DNA of 63,810 bases, counting the filler, from Nitrospirae bacterium CG2_30_53_67 (GTDB taxonomy: Bacteria > CG2-30-53-67), in assembly GCA_001873285.1 (NCBI GenBank). It is 5 parts of 5 records of this genome, joined end to end, with 100 filler letters (N's around TTAATTAATTAA, not from the genome) between each part and the next. Parts side by side here need not be neighbours in the genome. Positions count along the whole stretch, not along the records: positions 1 to 27,887 come from MNYV01000023.1; 4 more parts are not named here. The stretch is one strand, 5' to 3'. This document shows positions 9,474 to 20,203 of this stretch, in pieces (position 1 is the first letter of the stretch; each line of letters begins with the position of its first letter). The notes beneath the pieces were generated by a model that did not search any database, had not been told where the DNA came from, and saw nothing but the letters and a program-made list of their open reading frames with translations. Made by a program: the position numbers and the translations under genes.

Positions 9474-10301
9474 TTAAGCCGTCTTTCCTGTCCCGACCAC
9501 CACCTGATCCTCAAAGCGCAGATCAATACGACGGACCGCCCAGTTTCTTCTCGCCAAATCGGCGCTCACCCTTTTCAGGAGAACCAACTTGTGCAGATAA
9601 TCTCCGGAGCCGCAGAGAATATCAAACCCTCCATCCGCCGGATGCAGGACCGCCCCCCGATTCTTCGACATCTCGATTTCCCGTATCTCAGAGAGCTCAG
9701 GATACCCGAAGCTCTTCAGGGTCTCCACAAGAGATAAGGCCTGAGACAGCTCCTCCTTCCAGAACCCGTCCTTGTCTTGACGAAGCCCTGAAATGACCGG
9801 CAGGATTTTGCCGGTCTTCTTTCCCGCGGATTCCAGGATCATACCTTCTTTATCGATCAGATATTCACGGCCCTCCATCCTCAGAACGGCGTATGGGATT
9901 CGCTCTTCGATCCGGATATAAACCCGGTCCGGAAGCTCTCTCCTGAGATCGGCATCCCTGACATAAGGCTCCTTGAGAAGTTCTTCCCGGACCGAGATGA
10001 GGTCCAGCATAAAAATATTCCTGGTGAGCCGATCCTCATACTTGCGAAGATCCTGTTCCTTGAGATGGGTATTCCCTTCCAGGATGATATGTTTCACGAG
10101 AAACCGATGAGAAGTCATCACGATACGCCCGCACAGGCCTGCGCCCCAGACCGAAAGGACGATCATAAACACGGAGCCCACTCTGCGGATCACACGCCCC
10201 AGGGCGTGCTGCATCTGCTCCTTGCGAAAAACCTTCCTGCGTATATTGCGCAGGAGCACTCCCTTTTCATTTCGGATCCCGTTTTTTTTCAAGTCTTTCA
10301 T
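9474..10301 (-). CDS. ftsQ: Cell division protein FtsQ
   Basis: Single TM, POTRA-like region (RRELPDRVYIRIEER), IDLRF; position between ddl and ftsA. Confidence 0.9.
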   Translation of the reverse strand: MKDLKKNGIRNEKGVLLRNIRRKVFRKEQMQHALGRVIRRVGSVFMIVLSVWGAGLCGRIVMTSHRFLVKHIILEGNTHLKEQDLRKYEDRLTRNIFMLDLISVREELLKEPYVRDADLRRELPDRVYIRIEERIPYAVLRMEGREYLIDKEGMILESAGKKTGKILPVISGLRQDKDGFWKEELSQALSLVETLKSFGYPELSEIREIEMSKNRGAVLHPADGGFDILCGSGDYLHKLVLLKRVSADLARRNWAVRRIDLRFEDQVVVGTGKTA

Positions 10302-10360
10302 GGTCTCTTCGCCATTAGGGGTTCATTAAATTTTCCTACGCAAATCGAAAACAGGACCAC

Positions 10361-11287
10361 TTAGCCCCTTACCGCCGCCGTCAGGATACGCTCGACCAGA
10401 TCATCAAAAGAGATCCCCGCCTCTCTTGCCGCCTTGGGCAGAAGGCTCGTCTCCGTCATCCCGGGGATGGTGTTCACTTCAAGAACATAAGGATCATCCC
10501 CATCGGCAAGCATGAAATCCACGCGGCTCGCCCCGTTGCAGCCGAGCGCCCGATGTGCGGACAAGGCAAGCTCCTGCACCCTCTTTGAGACCCTCCTTAA
10601 GAGGGGCGCAGGGACCCGATACTCGGTCCGTCCGGGTGTATACTTGGACTTAAAATCGTAAAAACCGCTCATCGGCCGGATCTCCACCACCGGCAGGGGA
10701 AGGTCGTTCAGAATCCCGACGGTCAGCTCTCTCCCTTGGATGAATTTTTCAATCAGAACTTTGGGGCCGAACCTCCGGGCAATACGTATGGCCTTTTCGA
10801 GATCCTTTTTGACGCTGACCCGGCTCACCCCGATGGTTGACCCTTCGGTTGCGGGTTTCACGATCACAGGAAGAGCGATCCTTTTGCCGGTGGTCCTGCC
10901 GTGTTCATTCACGGAAAAGTCCGGCGTGGGTATCGCATGATAGATCAGAAGTTTCTTGGTCACGATCTTGTCCATGGCCGCGGCGCTGGCCAGCACTCCG
11001 GATCCTGTATAAGGGATCCCCATAAATTCCAAGAGCCCCTGCACGGTCCCGTCTTCTCCAGGAGTTCCATGGAGGCAGATGAAGGCGGCATCCACCTTTC
11101 GCCTTTGCAGAATCAGGCCGAGGTCGGGGGCCGGGTCGATGCAGACCGCATCATACCCCTTGCGCTTCAGGGCTTCGAAGACCGCCTTGCCGCTTCTCAG
11201 AGAAATCTCCCTTTCCGACGAGAGGCCTCCCATCAGGACCCCGATCTTCATGCCTTTCAGCAGGCGCCCGTATGACGAACTTTTCAC
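10361..11287 (-). CDS. ddl: D-alanine--D-alanine ligase
   Basis: GGLSSEREISL, LHGTPGEDG, EGSTIG, LEVNTIPG. Confidence 0.98.
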   Translation of the reverse strand: MKSSSYGRLLKGMKIGVLMGGLSSEREISLRSGKAVFEALKRKGYDAVCIDPAPDLGLILQRRKVDAAFICLHGTPGEDGTVQGLLEFMGIPYTGSGVLASAAAMDKIVTKKLLIYHAIPTPDFSVNEHGRTTGKRIALPVIVKPATEGSTIGVSRVSVKKDLEKAIRIARRFGPKVLIEKFIQGRELTVGILNDLPLPVVEIRPMSGFYDFKSKYTPGRTEYRVPAPLLRRVSKRVQELALSAHRALGCNGASRVDFMLADGDDPYVLEVNTIPGMTETSLLPKAAREAGISFDDLVERILTAAVRG

Positions 11288-11313
11288 GCTCTATTCCTCT
11301 CATGCGTACCGGG

Positions 11314-12180
11314 TTAGACCGGCTCGCCCAGAACCTGGATCTCCAGCTCCAGTCTGACCCCGAACCTCCGCTCCACCTTTTCCCTGACCTTGCGGATCAG
11401 GGCAAGCACATCCGATGCCGAGGCCCTTCCCCGGTTGATGATGTAGTTGGCATGCAGCTCGGAGACTTCGGCATCTCCGACCCGTTCTCCCTTCATTCCC
11501 GCCGCCTCGATCAACCGACCGGCAAAGTCCCCCGGAGGATTCTTGAAAATGGACCCGGCGGAGGGAAACTCAACAGGCTGTTCCTTGCGCCGGCCATTCA
11601 TTCTCTCCCTGATCTTCTGTTCGATCTCATTAGGGTCCATGGGTTTGAGTTCAAGCCCTGCCCCGGCGATCCAGACGTCGGGAGGAAGCTCCATCCAACG
11701 ATAACCGAAGACCAGGTCCGATCTCTCCCTTTTTTTGAGTCTCCCCGACCGGTCAAGGAGGGTCACGGCAATCAACCGGTCGGCGATACTCCCTTCACGG
11801 GTTCCGGCATTCATCCTGACTGCGCCTCCCACGCTCCCCGGGATCCCGGTTAGGCATTCCAGACCGCCGAGGCCCCTTCGGGCAAGCTTCCGGAGGAGTC
11901 CCTGGAGCAGGACTCCGGCGCCCACCCAAACTCTGTTCTCTTTCACCCGGATCCAATCCAATCCGCCGGTATGGACCACGGTCCCTCGGACTCCCCGGTC
12001 CGATACAAGAAGGTTGCTCCCTGCGCCCATTAGGGTGATCTTCTCTCCCCGATGGGACTCCTTAAGAAGCGTCTTAAGGTCACTGATCCCCAACGGGACC
12101 ACAAAGCGATCGGCAGGTCCTCCGACCCTGAAGGTGGTATGCCGGGACATGGGTTCATCATAAAGGATCGGCACTTTCAC
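11314..12180 (-). CDS. murB: UDP-N-acetylmuramate dehydrogenase
   Basis: [46 protein letters not shown]. Confidence 0.98.
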   Translation of the reverse strand: MKVPILYDEPMSRHTTFRVGGPADRFVVPLGISDLKTLLKESHRGEKITLMGAGSNLLVSDRGVRGTVVHTGGLDWIRVKENRVWVGAGVLLQGLLRKLARRGLGGLECLTGIPGSVGGAVRMNAGTREGSIADRLIAVTLLDRSGRLKKRERSDLVFGYRWMELPPDVWIAGAGLELKPMDPNEIEQKIRERMNGRRKEQPVEFPSAGSIFKNPPGDFAGRLIEAAGMKGERVGDAEVSELHANYIINRGRASASDVLALIRKVREKVERRFGVRLELEIQVLGEPV

Positions 12181-13550
12181 TTTTTTTTCAGCCTTCGCAG
12201 CAGTTCTTCTCCGACCTTGTAGATGTCTCCGGCGCCCATGGTCAGGACCAGATCCCCTGGTTTAAGGATGCCTTCGAGGTGATCCACAATCTTCTTCATA
12301 TCCTGGATATAGGTCACATCCCTGTGACCGTGCTCTTTCATCCCCCGGTAGATGTTCTCTGCGGAGACCCCTAAAATCGGGGCCTCGCCGGCCGGGTAGA
12401 TATCGGTCAGGACCACTATGTCCGACTGGTTAAAACAGGTCACAAACCGGTGAAGCAGGGCCCTCGTCCTGGTATATCGGTGCGGCTGAAAAACCGTCAC
12501 AATCCGCCCGGCCTGAACCTCCTTGGCCGCAGCGAGCGTGGCCTCGATCTCGGTCGGGTGGTGGCCGTAATCATCCACCACCATGACTCCACCCGCCTCG
12601 CCCAGCAGAGTGAACCTGCGATGGACTCCGGAATACTCATCCAGCCCTTCCCGGATCACCTGGGGTGAAAGCCCCAGTTCCAGTCCGACGGCAATGGCTG
12701 CCAGGGCATTCAGGATGTTGTGCACACCGTGGGCATGAAGACGGAAATGCCCCAGACTCTTCCCCTTATGGTTGACCTTGAATTCACTCCCGAAGACCTC
12801 CTGCCGGAACTCCTCGGCCTGGAGATCCGCCTGTGCCGAAGTCCCGTAGGAGAGAAACCTCTTTTTGACGCCCGGAATCAGGCCCTGAACGTGGGGATTA
12901 TCCAGACAGAGCACGGCCAGGCCGTAAAAAGGGACCCGGTTTACGAATTCGAGAAAGGTCTTCTTGATCTTTTCCAGATCCCCATAAAAATCCAGATGCT
13001 CCTCATCGATGTTGGTGACCACGGCGATGGTGGGGGAGAGCTTCAGAAAGGAACCATCGGACTCGTCCGCCTCGGCCACGAGAAAATCGCTCTGACCAAG
13101 ACGCGCATTGCTCCCGATACTGTTCAGACGCCCCCCGATCACGACCGTGGGATCGATGCCTCCGTGTCCGAGTACCGTGGCAATCATGGACGTGGTGGTG
13201 GTCTTGCCGTGGGCGCCGGCCACGGCAATGCCGTATTTCATCCGCATGAGTTCGGCCAGCATTTCAGCCCTCGGAATCACCGGAATGAGCTGAGCCTCGG
13301 CTGAACGGACCTCCGGGTTTTCCCTGGAAACGGCGGACGAGATCACCACCACGTCCACATCGGCGACGTTCTCCTCGGCGTGTCCGATAGTGATCCGGGC
13401 GCCCATCTTCTTCAAGCGGTCGGTCACGGGCGAGGATTTGAGATCCGATCCGCTGACCTGATGCCCCATATTGATCAGGACCTCGGCAATCCCGTTCATC
13501 CCGGATCCGCCGATCCCCACGAAATGAATCTTCTGTACTTTTTTATACAT
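12177..13550 (-). CDS. murC: UDP-N-acetylmuramate--L-alanine ligase
   Basis: [40 protein letters not shown]. Confidence 0.99.
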   Translation of the reverse strand: MYKKVQKIHFVGIGGSGMNGIAEVLINMGHQVSGSDLKSSPVTDRLKKMGARITIGHAEENVADVDVVVISSAVSRENPEVRSAEAQLIPVIPRAEMLAELMRMKYGIAVAGAHGKTTTTSMIATVLGHGGIDPTVVIGGRLNSIGSNARLGQSDFLVAEADESDGSFLKLSPTIAVVTNIDEEHLDFYGDLEKIKKTFLEFVNRVPFYGLAVLCLDNPHVQGLIPGVKKRFLSYGTSAQADLQAEEFRQEVFGSEFKVNHKGKSLGHFRLHAHGVHNILNALAAIAVGLELGLSPQVIREGLDEYSGVHRRFTLLGEAGGVMVVDDYGHHPTEIEATLAAAKEVQAGRIVTVFQPHRYTRTRALLHRFVTCFNQSDIVVLTDIYPAGEAPILGVSAENIYRGMKEHGHRDVTYIQDMKKIVDHLEGILKPGDLVLTMGAGDIYKVGEELLRRLKKK

Positions 13551-13583
13551 GATATCCTCAATCCGGCAGCCAACCTGGACTTA

Positions 13584-13745
13584 GTGGTCCTGTTCGTAAA
13601 TATGGTGACGTACCGAGAGGGTCGTAGGGCGGTCTCATCTCCGCGCGCAACTGAGGTGTACCCCTCTGTTACGCCGCAAGAAGCGGAACTTTGATCCGAC
13701 CGCCCTACGGCACTCGAATGCCACCGTATTTACGAATAGGGCCAC
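13584..13745. mobile_element. 162-bp MITE-like element with ~26-bp imperfect TIRs and TTA direct repeats
   Basis: tta|gtggtcctgttcgtaaatatggtgac ... gccaccgtatttacgaatagggccac|tta; inner stem gtagggcggtc/gaccgccctac. Confidence 0.8.
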
Positions 13746-13768
13746 TTAGGATCCTGACAAGCCGCCCA

Positions 13769-14866
13769 TCAAGAGGCGTTGATGAGCCGCTCCAGATCTT
13801 CGACCACGGCCTTTGCCGCATGCGGCCGAGCATGAGCAAGCGCCGCCTCCCTCATCCCTCCGAGACGGACAGGGTCCGCCAGCAGGGCCCGGATGCGCTC
13901 CCCCAGCTTTTTCGAAGTGAGATCCTCCTGCAAAAAAACCTCGGCTGCGCCGGCGCCGGCCATCACGTCGGCATTGCGCTTTTGGTGCTCGTCCGTTGCA
14001 TAGGGAAAAGGGATCAGCAGCGAAGGGACTCCGGATACGCAGAGTTCCGACAGGGCCACGGCCCCGGCCCTGGATACGGCAAGATCCGCCGCAGCATACG
14101 CCAGGGCGATCTCATGCACATAAGGGCGCACGGAGGCCCGGACCCCTGAGACTTCATAGGCCTTTAAAACCTCCTGATAATCCGCCTCGCCGGTCTGGTG
14201 GAGAAACTGAACCGGGATCCCGGCCCAGTCCGAGGTTTTGACCATATCCGATACCATGAGATTGATCGCGTGCGCCCCCAGGCTTCCTCCCAGGACGAGG
14301 ATCGTTCTCTGATCCGGATCCAGACCGAAATGCCTGACGGCCTCTTCCCGATTCCCTGATCCAAGACCCTCCCGGATGGGATTCCCGGTCTCTGAGATCT
14401 TCTCTTTGGGGAAATAGACATGGGATTCCGGATAGGCCGTATAGATTCGGTCCACCAGTTTTCCGAGTATCCGGTTGGTGATCCCCGGGATGCTGTTCTG
14501 CTCCTGAAGGGCGGTCCTGCGTCTCGAGAGAAAAGCGGCCAGAACCAGGGGCCCGGAGGCATAACCGCCGACGCCAACCACGGCATCCGGCTGAAAGGAT
14601 CGGAGGATAGAAAACGATTCCATCAGGGCCCGCGGCAGGGAGAGCAGGGCCCGCGCCTGTTCCATCCTCTTCTTCCCCTTCAAACCTCTCACCCGGATGG
14701 TTTTCAATTCCAGTCCTTCCCTATAAAGGATGCGCGATTCTATTCCTTCAGGGGTCCCCACGAAGAGGACCTTGGATGCCGGGTCCCTCTTCAGGATCTC
14801 CCGGGCCATGGCAATCGCCGGGTAGAGGTGCCCTCCTGTCCCTCCACCGGCAAAGATCACCTTCAT
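13769..14866 (-). CDS. murG: MurG glycosyltransferase
   Basis: MKVIFAGGGTGGH, GGYAS, EQNSIPG, GNP, GGSLGA, SRAGA; ATG overlaps the ftsW stop. Confidence 0.98.
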   Translation of the reverse strand: MKVIFAGGGTGGHLYPAIAMAREILKRDPASKVLFVGTPEGIESRILYREGLELKTIRVRGLKGKKRMEQARALLSLPRALMESFSILRSFQPDAVVGVGGYASGPLVLAAFLSRRRTALQEQNSIPGITNRILGKLVDRIYTAYPESHVYFPKEKISETGNPIREGLGSGNREEAVRHFGLDPDQRTILVLGGSLGAHAINLMVSDMVKTSDWAGIPVQFLHQTGEADYQEVLKAYEVSGVRASVRPYVHEIALAYAAADLAVSRAGAVALSELCVSGVPSLLIPFPYATDEHQKRNADVMAGAGAAEVFLQEDLTSKKLGERIRALLADPVRLGGMREAALAHARPHAAKAVVEDLERLINAS

Positions 14867-15957
14867 GTGACACGCGTCCACTTCGAGATATTCAATAGGA
14901 TCCCTGCTCCCGCAAGGGTCATCACCAGGGATGACCCTCCATAGCTGATCAGGGGAAGCGTCAAGCCCTTGGTGGGAAGAAGTCCCACCACAACCCCGAA
15001 ATTGACCAGGGCCTGAATCGATATCATCGCGGTCAGACCGAGCGACAGGTACCTGCCGAACGGATCCACAGACCGGATGGAGATCAGCATCCCCCTGTAG
15101 AAGAAAAGCGCAAATGCCGCGACCACCAACAGGGCGCCTATGAATCCGAGCTGCTCGCCGATCACGGCAAAGATGAAATCGGTGTGCGGTTCCGGAAGAA
15201 AAAGGAATTCCTGTTTCCCCTCCCCCAGACCCACCCCGGTCAAACCGCCGCTCCCGATCGCCAAAAATGACTGGATGATCTGGAAACCGGCCCCGGAGGC
15301 ATCCTTCCATGGATCACAGAATGCCATAAACCGCTCCCGCCGGTAATCCTCGCTCATGATCATGACATAAAGCAGGGGAATCGAGACCAGAAAGAGACCC
15401 AAAAGGTACCGGATCCGTGTCCCGGCCATGAACAACATCATCAGGATCACGGCAGCAAGGCTGACCGCCGTTCCGAAGTCGGGCTGAAGCATCATCAGCA
15501 TAAAGAAGATTCCCATGATCACCACATAAGGGACAAAACCATAGGCGAAATCCCGGATCTTGTCCTGTTTCCGCATCAAGGAGTAGGCGATGTAAATCAC
15601 CAGTCCGAACTTGGCCGGCTCCGAAGGCTGAAAAGTCAGCATCCCCGCCGAAAGCCACCTTCGGGCCCCCCCGGCCTCGATTCCGATGCCGGGAATGAGC
15701 ACCAGAATCATCAGGAAGAGACAGAAGATCAAAACGGGGAATACCATCCAACGGAGGTGGACATAGTTGACATTGGCCGTGATGAGCATGCCCGCAATGC
15801 CGATCATAAAGAAGATCAGTTCCTTCTTCAGGAAGTAGAAGGGATCGTGAAAACGAACCATGGCCGTATAGGCGCTGGCCGCATAGACCATGACGATGCC
15901 GACGACCGAAAGAACAATGACATCGGTCAGCAGGATCTTGTCAAAAGACTGTTTCAT
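14863..15957 (-). CDS. ftsW: SEDS peptidoglycan polymerase FtsW
   Basis: GARRW, QPSE.AK, QPDFG, LPEPHTDFIF, LPLISYGGSS. Confidence 0.98.
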   Translation of the reverse strand: MKQSFDKILLTDVIVLSVVGIVMVYAASAYTAMVRFHDPFYFLKKELIFFMIGIAGMLITANVNYVHLRWMVFPVLIFCLFLMILVLIPGIGIEAGGARRWLSAGMLTFQPSEPAKFGLVIYIAYSLMRKQDKIRDFAYGFVPYVVIMGIFFMLMMLQPDFGTAVSLAAVILMMLFMAGTRIRYLLGLFLVSIPLLYVMIMSEDYRRERFMAFCDPWKDASGAGFQIIQSFLAIGSGGLTGVGLGEGKQEFLFLPEPHTDFIFAVIGEQLGFIGALLVVAAFALFFYRGMLISIRSVDPFGRYLSLGLTAMISIQALVNFGVVVGLLPTKGLTLPLISYGGSSLVMTLAGAGILLNISKWTRVT

Positions 15958-15992
15958 GATTCTCTTTCATCTCAACCGTATGACCAGAATCC

Positions 15993-16060
15993 AACCACAG
16001 AGAACACAGAGAATTCTTTAAATTCTTTTGGCAGAGTATTTCTCTGTGCACTCTGTGGTT
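15993..16060. repeat. ACCACAGAG-type inverted repeat (half copies at 45241-45264, 48388-48408, 62584-62612)
   Basis: aaccacagagaacacagagaa ... ttctctgtgcactctgtggtt. Confidence 0.7.
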
Positions 16061-16067
16061 TCATGTC

Positions 16068-17438
16068 TTATCCTTTTCTTTCAACTTCTGACTCTTTCAA
16101 CCTTCTCACCTCCGCCGCAAACACCCTGCCGCGATCTTCAAAATCCGTAAACATATCGAAACTGGCACACGCCGGGGAAAGAAGCACGTACTCCCCGCGG
16201 AGCGCCCTTTTAAATCCGGTCTGAACCGCCTCTCTCATGGTTGAGGCGCGGCGGATCTCGGTCGTCCCTTTGAGGTCCCGTTCCATATCGTCCGCCGCCT
16301 CGCCGATCAGGATCAAGGTCTGGACGCGCTCGGAGATGAGTTCACGAAGCGGGTGGTATCCGGCCCCCTTTCCCCTGCCGCCGGCAATCAGATGAATGGC
16401 TCCGGTCAGGCTCTGAAGGGAACGGATCACCGCCCCGATGTTGGTCCCCTTGGAATCATTGATAAAGCGGATACCGCGGATCTCATCGACAAACTCCATG
16501 CGGTGCGGCAGGCCCGGGAAGGTCTTGAGCACGGCCCGGACCGCATGGAGATCGCACCCCGATACCAGGGCGGCGGCTGAAGCGGCGGCGGCATTTTCGA
16601 TATTGTGCACGCCCTGGATCTTCATCTCCCCGGTTTCGATGATCAGACCTTCAGACCGGGGAATGGTGGAAATCATCTTCCCTCCCGAACAGTAGACCCC
16701 CCCTTCCACTTTTCGGCTCAAGCTGATGGGGACGATTCCGGAGCGAAGATCCGTGGTCATGACCGTCACCCACGGGTCATCCCTGTTGACCACGGCGATG
16801 TCTTCGGGGGTCTGGTTCATAAAGATCCTGGCCTTGGCCCGGGCATACTCTTCCATCCCCGGGTAGCGGTCCAGATGATCCGGAGTGATGTTGAGGAGAA
16901 TCGCCACATCCGGCCTGAATGTCTCGATTCCTTCCAGTTGATAACTGCTCAGTTCCACGACAAAGGTCGTCTGGTCCGCGGCTCCCTGGGTCAGGGTGGT
17001 GAGAGGCATGCCGATATTCCCTCCGACCCGGACATCACGGCGCGCCTTGGCGAGCATCTCCCCGACCAGAGACGTGGTGGTTGATTTCCCGTTGGTTCCG
17101 GTGATCCCGATATATCTTCCGGCGCCGATCCGGTAGGCCAGTTCCACTTCGCTGATCACGTCCACACCCCTCGACCTCACCTTCATGATCGGAGGAATAC
17201 TCAAAGGGGCGCCTGGACTGACCACCACGAGTGCGGCGCCTTGAAAGGTTTCTTCCGAATGGTTTCCTGTCTCCACCTGGATCCCTTGGGCCAGCTGCCC
17301 TATGGCCTGCTTGAGCATGGATCCTTCCTTGCTGTCGGTCACAAAGACCCGAGCGCCCAGCTCATACAAACGGTTCGCGGCCGCAATCCCGGAACGGGCC
17401 AGCCCGACCACCACCACCTTTTTGCCGCTCATGTTCAT
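16068..17438 (-). CDS. murD: UDP-MurNAc-L-Ala--D-glutamate ligase
   Basis: GLARSG, ITGTNGKSTTT, ELSSYQL, PDHLDRY, NDSKGTN, LSPACASFD; exact start uncertain (17432-17486). Confidence 0.98.
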   Translation of the reverse strand: MNMSGKKVVVVGLARSGIAAANRLYELGARVFVTDSKEGSMLKQAIGQLAQGIQVETGNHSEETFQGAALVVVSPGAPLSIPPIMKVRSRGVDVISEVELAYRIGAGRYIGITGTNGKSTTTSLVGEMLAKARRDVRVGGNIGMPLTTLTQGAADQTTFVVELSSYQLEGIETFRPDVAILLNITPDHLDRYPGMEEYARAKARIFMNQTPEDIAVVNRDDPWVTVMTTDLRSGIVPISLSRKVEGGVYCSGGKMISTIPRSEGLIIETGEMKIQGVHNIENAAAASAAALVSGCDLHAVRAVLKTFPGLPHRMEFVDEIRGIRFINDSKGTNIGAVIRSLQSLTGAIHLIAGGRGKGAGYHPLRELISERVQTLILIGEAADDMERDLKGTTEIRRASTMREAVQTGFKRALRGEYVLLSPACASFDMFTDFEDRGRVFAAEVRRLKESEVERKG

Positions 17439-17494
17439 CCTGTGCGCTTCACGTACGGATTCAGAACCCTTGAGATCCACGGGCATCCTCTCCC

Positions 17495-18577
17495 TTAACG
17501 AAGTTTCAACGTCCCCAGGGCCATCAAAGCCAGTATGATCGAAATGATCCAGAACCGGACAATGATCTTGGGCTCGGCCCATCCCTTCAATTCATAGTGA
17601 TGATGGATCGGCGCCATCCGGAAAAGACGTTTCCCGAAAAGCTTGAAGCTCGCCACCTGGAGGATCACCGACATGGCCTCGATCACAAAGATCCCTCCAA
17701 TCAGAACCAGAAGGATCTCATGCTTGCTGATCACGGCCACCGTGCCCAGAGCCCCTCCCAGAGCCAGGGATCCGATGTCCCCCATGAAGACCGATGCCGG
17801 ATAGGTATTGAACCAGAGAAATCCAAGGCTGGCGCCCACCATGCCGAAACAGACCAGGGTCAGCTCCCCGACCCCCTTGACATAAGGGATCTGGAGATAG
17901 CCAGCAAACTTCACGTTCCCTGTGGCATAGACAATGACCGCATAGACCATAGAGGAGATCATGACCGGGCCGATGGCCAGTCCGTCCAGGCCGTCCGTGA
18001 GGTTCACGGCATTGGATGTGCCGACGATCACCAGCATGGCAAAGGGGAGGTAGAACCACCCGAGATCCGGCATGGCCTTCTTGAAGAACGGAAGGGGGAG
18101 ACTGGTGGTAATGGAGTCTTCGGGATACAGAATAAGAACCAGACCGATGACCAAGGCCAGAAGGACCTGGAAGAAAAACTTCTGTTTCGGGCGCAATCCT
18201 TCGGAACGGTTCCGGATCAATTTCAGATAATCGTCCAGAAAACCGATCAGTCCGAAACCGAGGGTCGCAAGCAGGACCAGCCAGACATACCGGTTGGTGA
18301 GATCCGCCCAGAGAATGATGGAGACAAAAAGGGAGAGAAGAATCAGGACCCCTCCCATGGTCGGTGTCCCGGCCTTTTTCTGGTGATTCTGGGGACCGAG
18401 CTTCCGGATCCGCTGCCCGACATGATACTGCGTCAGCCACCGAATCAAATACGGACCGACCACCAGGCTGATCAAAAGGGAGGTCAGCGCGGCCACCACG
18501 GTCCGGAACGTGATGTAGCGGAAGACGTTGAAGAACTTATAGGTCTCATGCAAAGGATATAGGAGATGATAGAGCAT
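17495..18577 (-). CDS. mraY: Phospho-MurNAc-pentapeptide transferase
   Basis: [40 protein letters not shown]. Confidence 0.99.
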   Translation of the reverse strand: MLYHLLYPLHETYKFFNVFRYITFRTVVAALTSLLISLVVGPYLIRWLTQYHVGQRIRKLGPQNHQKKAGTPTMGGVLILLSLFVSIILWADLTNRYVWLVLLATLGFGLIGFLDDYLKLIRNRSEGLRPKQKFFFQVLLALVIGLVLILYPEDSITTSLPLPFFKKAMPDLGWFYLPFAMLVIVGTSNAVNLTDGLDGLAIGPVMISSMVYAVIVYATGNVKFAGYLQIPYVKGVGELTLVCFGMVGASLGFLWFNTYPASVFMGDIGSLALGGALGTVAVISKHEILLVLIGGIFVIEAMSVILQVASFKLFGKRLFRMAPIHHHYELKGWAEPKIIVRFWIISIILALMALGTLKLR

Positions 18578-18625
18578 TTTTTCTTACCTGCCGGACTCAA
18601 GTGTATCTAAATTTTTTTTTCAATT

Positions 18626-18745
18626 AGAGAAAAACACTGGAACCCTTGAACCCTATGACCCTCGGCCCCTTATGTTTTTAGCGCTTCACTTGACCCCTGG
18701 AACCCTTGACCCCTGATATTTTCACCCACTCTTTTGGAGATGATC
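18626..18745 (+). repeat. Partial copy of the ~210-bp octamer-repeat MITE
   Basis: agagaaaaacactggaacccttgaacc...ttgacccctggaacccttgacccc...cacccactcttttggagatgatc matches 25393-25603. Confidence 0.85.
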
Positions 18746-18746
18746 T

Positions 18747-20186
18747 TTAATTTCTCTTGCCCCGCGTCTCTTTTTGAGAGATTGCCCCGGCGTTCTTCAG
18801 TTCCTCGGCAATCCGTTCCAGCCCCATTTTTCTTGAAGCCTTGAGCAGAATGCGGTCGTTCCCTTTTAGGATTTTCCCGAGTTTCAGCGCGGCATCCTCC
18901 CGGCTCGCGCACCTGATGATCCCTTTTGGGTTCATCCCATGGTCTTCCGCCTCCTCTGCAATCCACGCCGAGTGTTCGCCTACGGTGACCAGGATATCCA
19001 GGGAGCTTTCTGCAACCAGACGTCCGATGGACCGGTGCGCCTCCTCACTATATCCCCCAAGCTCCAGCATATCTCCGAGCACGGCGATATTCCTCCTGTG
19101 AGGTCCCAGACCCTTTAGAGTCCGAATCGCCGCCTTCATGGATTCCGGGTTCGCGTTATAGGCGTCATTGATCACCACGGCGCCGTTTAAGAGACGGAAG
19201 GTCTCCCACCTCTGGGCCAGGGGCCGGTAGGAAGAAAGTCCCCGGGCAATGATGGAGAGGGGCCTTCCCAGGACGACGGCGGCCGCGGCCGCGGCCATCG
19301 CGTTTGAGACCTGATGCAGGCCCGGAATATTCAGACGGACCTCGCTCTCCTCCCCGCCGTGTTTCAGTCTGAAGCGGGTCCCATCCTCGCCGGTATGAAT
19401 CTCTTTTGCGGTGACATCCGCGCCTTTTTCCAGACCGAAGGTCATGACTTTGCCTCTGACCCGGCCCCGCATGGCATAGACCCTCGGGTCATCCCGGTTC
19501 AAAACAGCCCACCCATCCTCGGCCATCTCTTCGAGGATCTCCCCCTTGGCCATGGCGACCTCCTCTACGGTCCGGAGGGCCATCAGGTGAGCGGCCGAGA
19601 CATTGGTGATGACCACCACGCCCGGACGGGCGATCTCCCTCAGCCTGCGGATCTCCCCTGTCCCGCTCATGCCGAATTCCAGGACAGCCTCCTCGGTCTC
19701 CCCGCCGATCCCGAAGAGGCTGAGGGGGACTCCGATATGATTGTTCAGGTTTCCCTGTGAACGGAAGACGTGATGCCCGATACTCAGAATGCTGTAGATC
19801 ATCTCCTTGGTGGAGGTCTTCCCATTGGTTCCGGTCACCGCCACAATGGGAATCCTGTACTGCATGCGGTGCGCATGGGCCAGGTCCTGGAGCGCCCTGA
19901 TGGTGTCCGGAACGGAGATCAGATTCTGCTCCGCTCCCGGCTCTTGAAAAAGGCTTTCACGGAAAGGCGCCCATCCTTCCCGGACCATCACGCCCAGCGC
20001 CCCTTTCTTCAGAACCTCTTCGCAGAAATCATGCCCGTCAAAACGGTCGCCGAGGACGGCCACAAAAAGCTCCCCTTTGCGGATGCTTCTTGAATCAATG
20101 GAGATCCCGGAGAAGTGAAGGTCTTCCCTTCCTCTCAGCCGTTTCCCGCCCGTAGCCTTTAAGACGTCCGTTGTCATAAACAGCAT
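18747..20186 (-). CDS. murF: MurF ligase
   Basis: SIDSR, FDGHDF, TGTNGKTSTKE, NNHIGVP, NDAYNANP, LGDMLELG, KASR. Confidence 0.98.
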   Translation of the reverse strand: MLFMTTDVLKATGGKRLRGREDLHFSGISIDSRSIRKGELFVAVLGDRFDGHDFCEEVLKKGALGVMVREGWAPFRESLFQEPGAEQNLISVPDTIRALQDLAHAHRMQYRIPIVAVTGTNGKTSTKEMIYSILSIGHHVFRSQGNLNNHIGVPLSLFGIGGETEEAVLEFGMSGTGEIRRLREIARPGVVVITNVSAAHLMALRTVEEVAMAKGEILEEMAEDGWAVLNRDDPRVYAMRGRVRGKVMTFGLEKGADVTAKEIHTGEDGTRFRLKHGGEESEVRLNIPGLHQVSNAMAAAAAAVVLGRPLSIIARGLSSYRPLAQRWETFRLLNGAVVINDAYNANPESMKAAIRTLKGLGPHRRNIAVLGDMLELGGYSEEAHRSIGRLVAESSLDILVTVGEHSAWIAEEAEDHGMNPKGIIRCASREDAALKLGKILKGNDRILLKASRKMGLERIAEELKNAGAISQKETRGKRN

Positions 20187-20203
20187 AGACCCCGTATACC
20201 CCG

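Noticed and set aside
14867..15310. 148-aa N-terminal extension of MurG in the ORF track
   Set aside because: It overlaps ftsW out of frame; the real ATG overlaps the ftsW stop.
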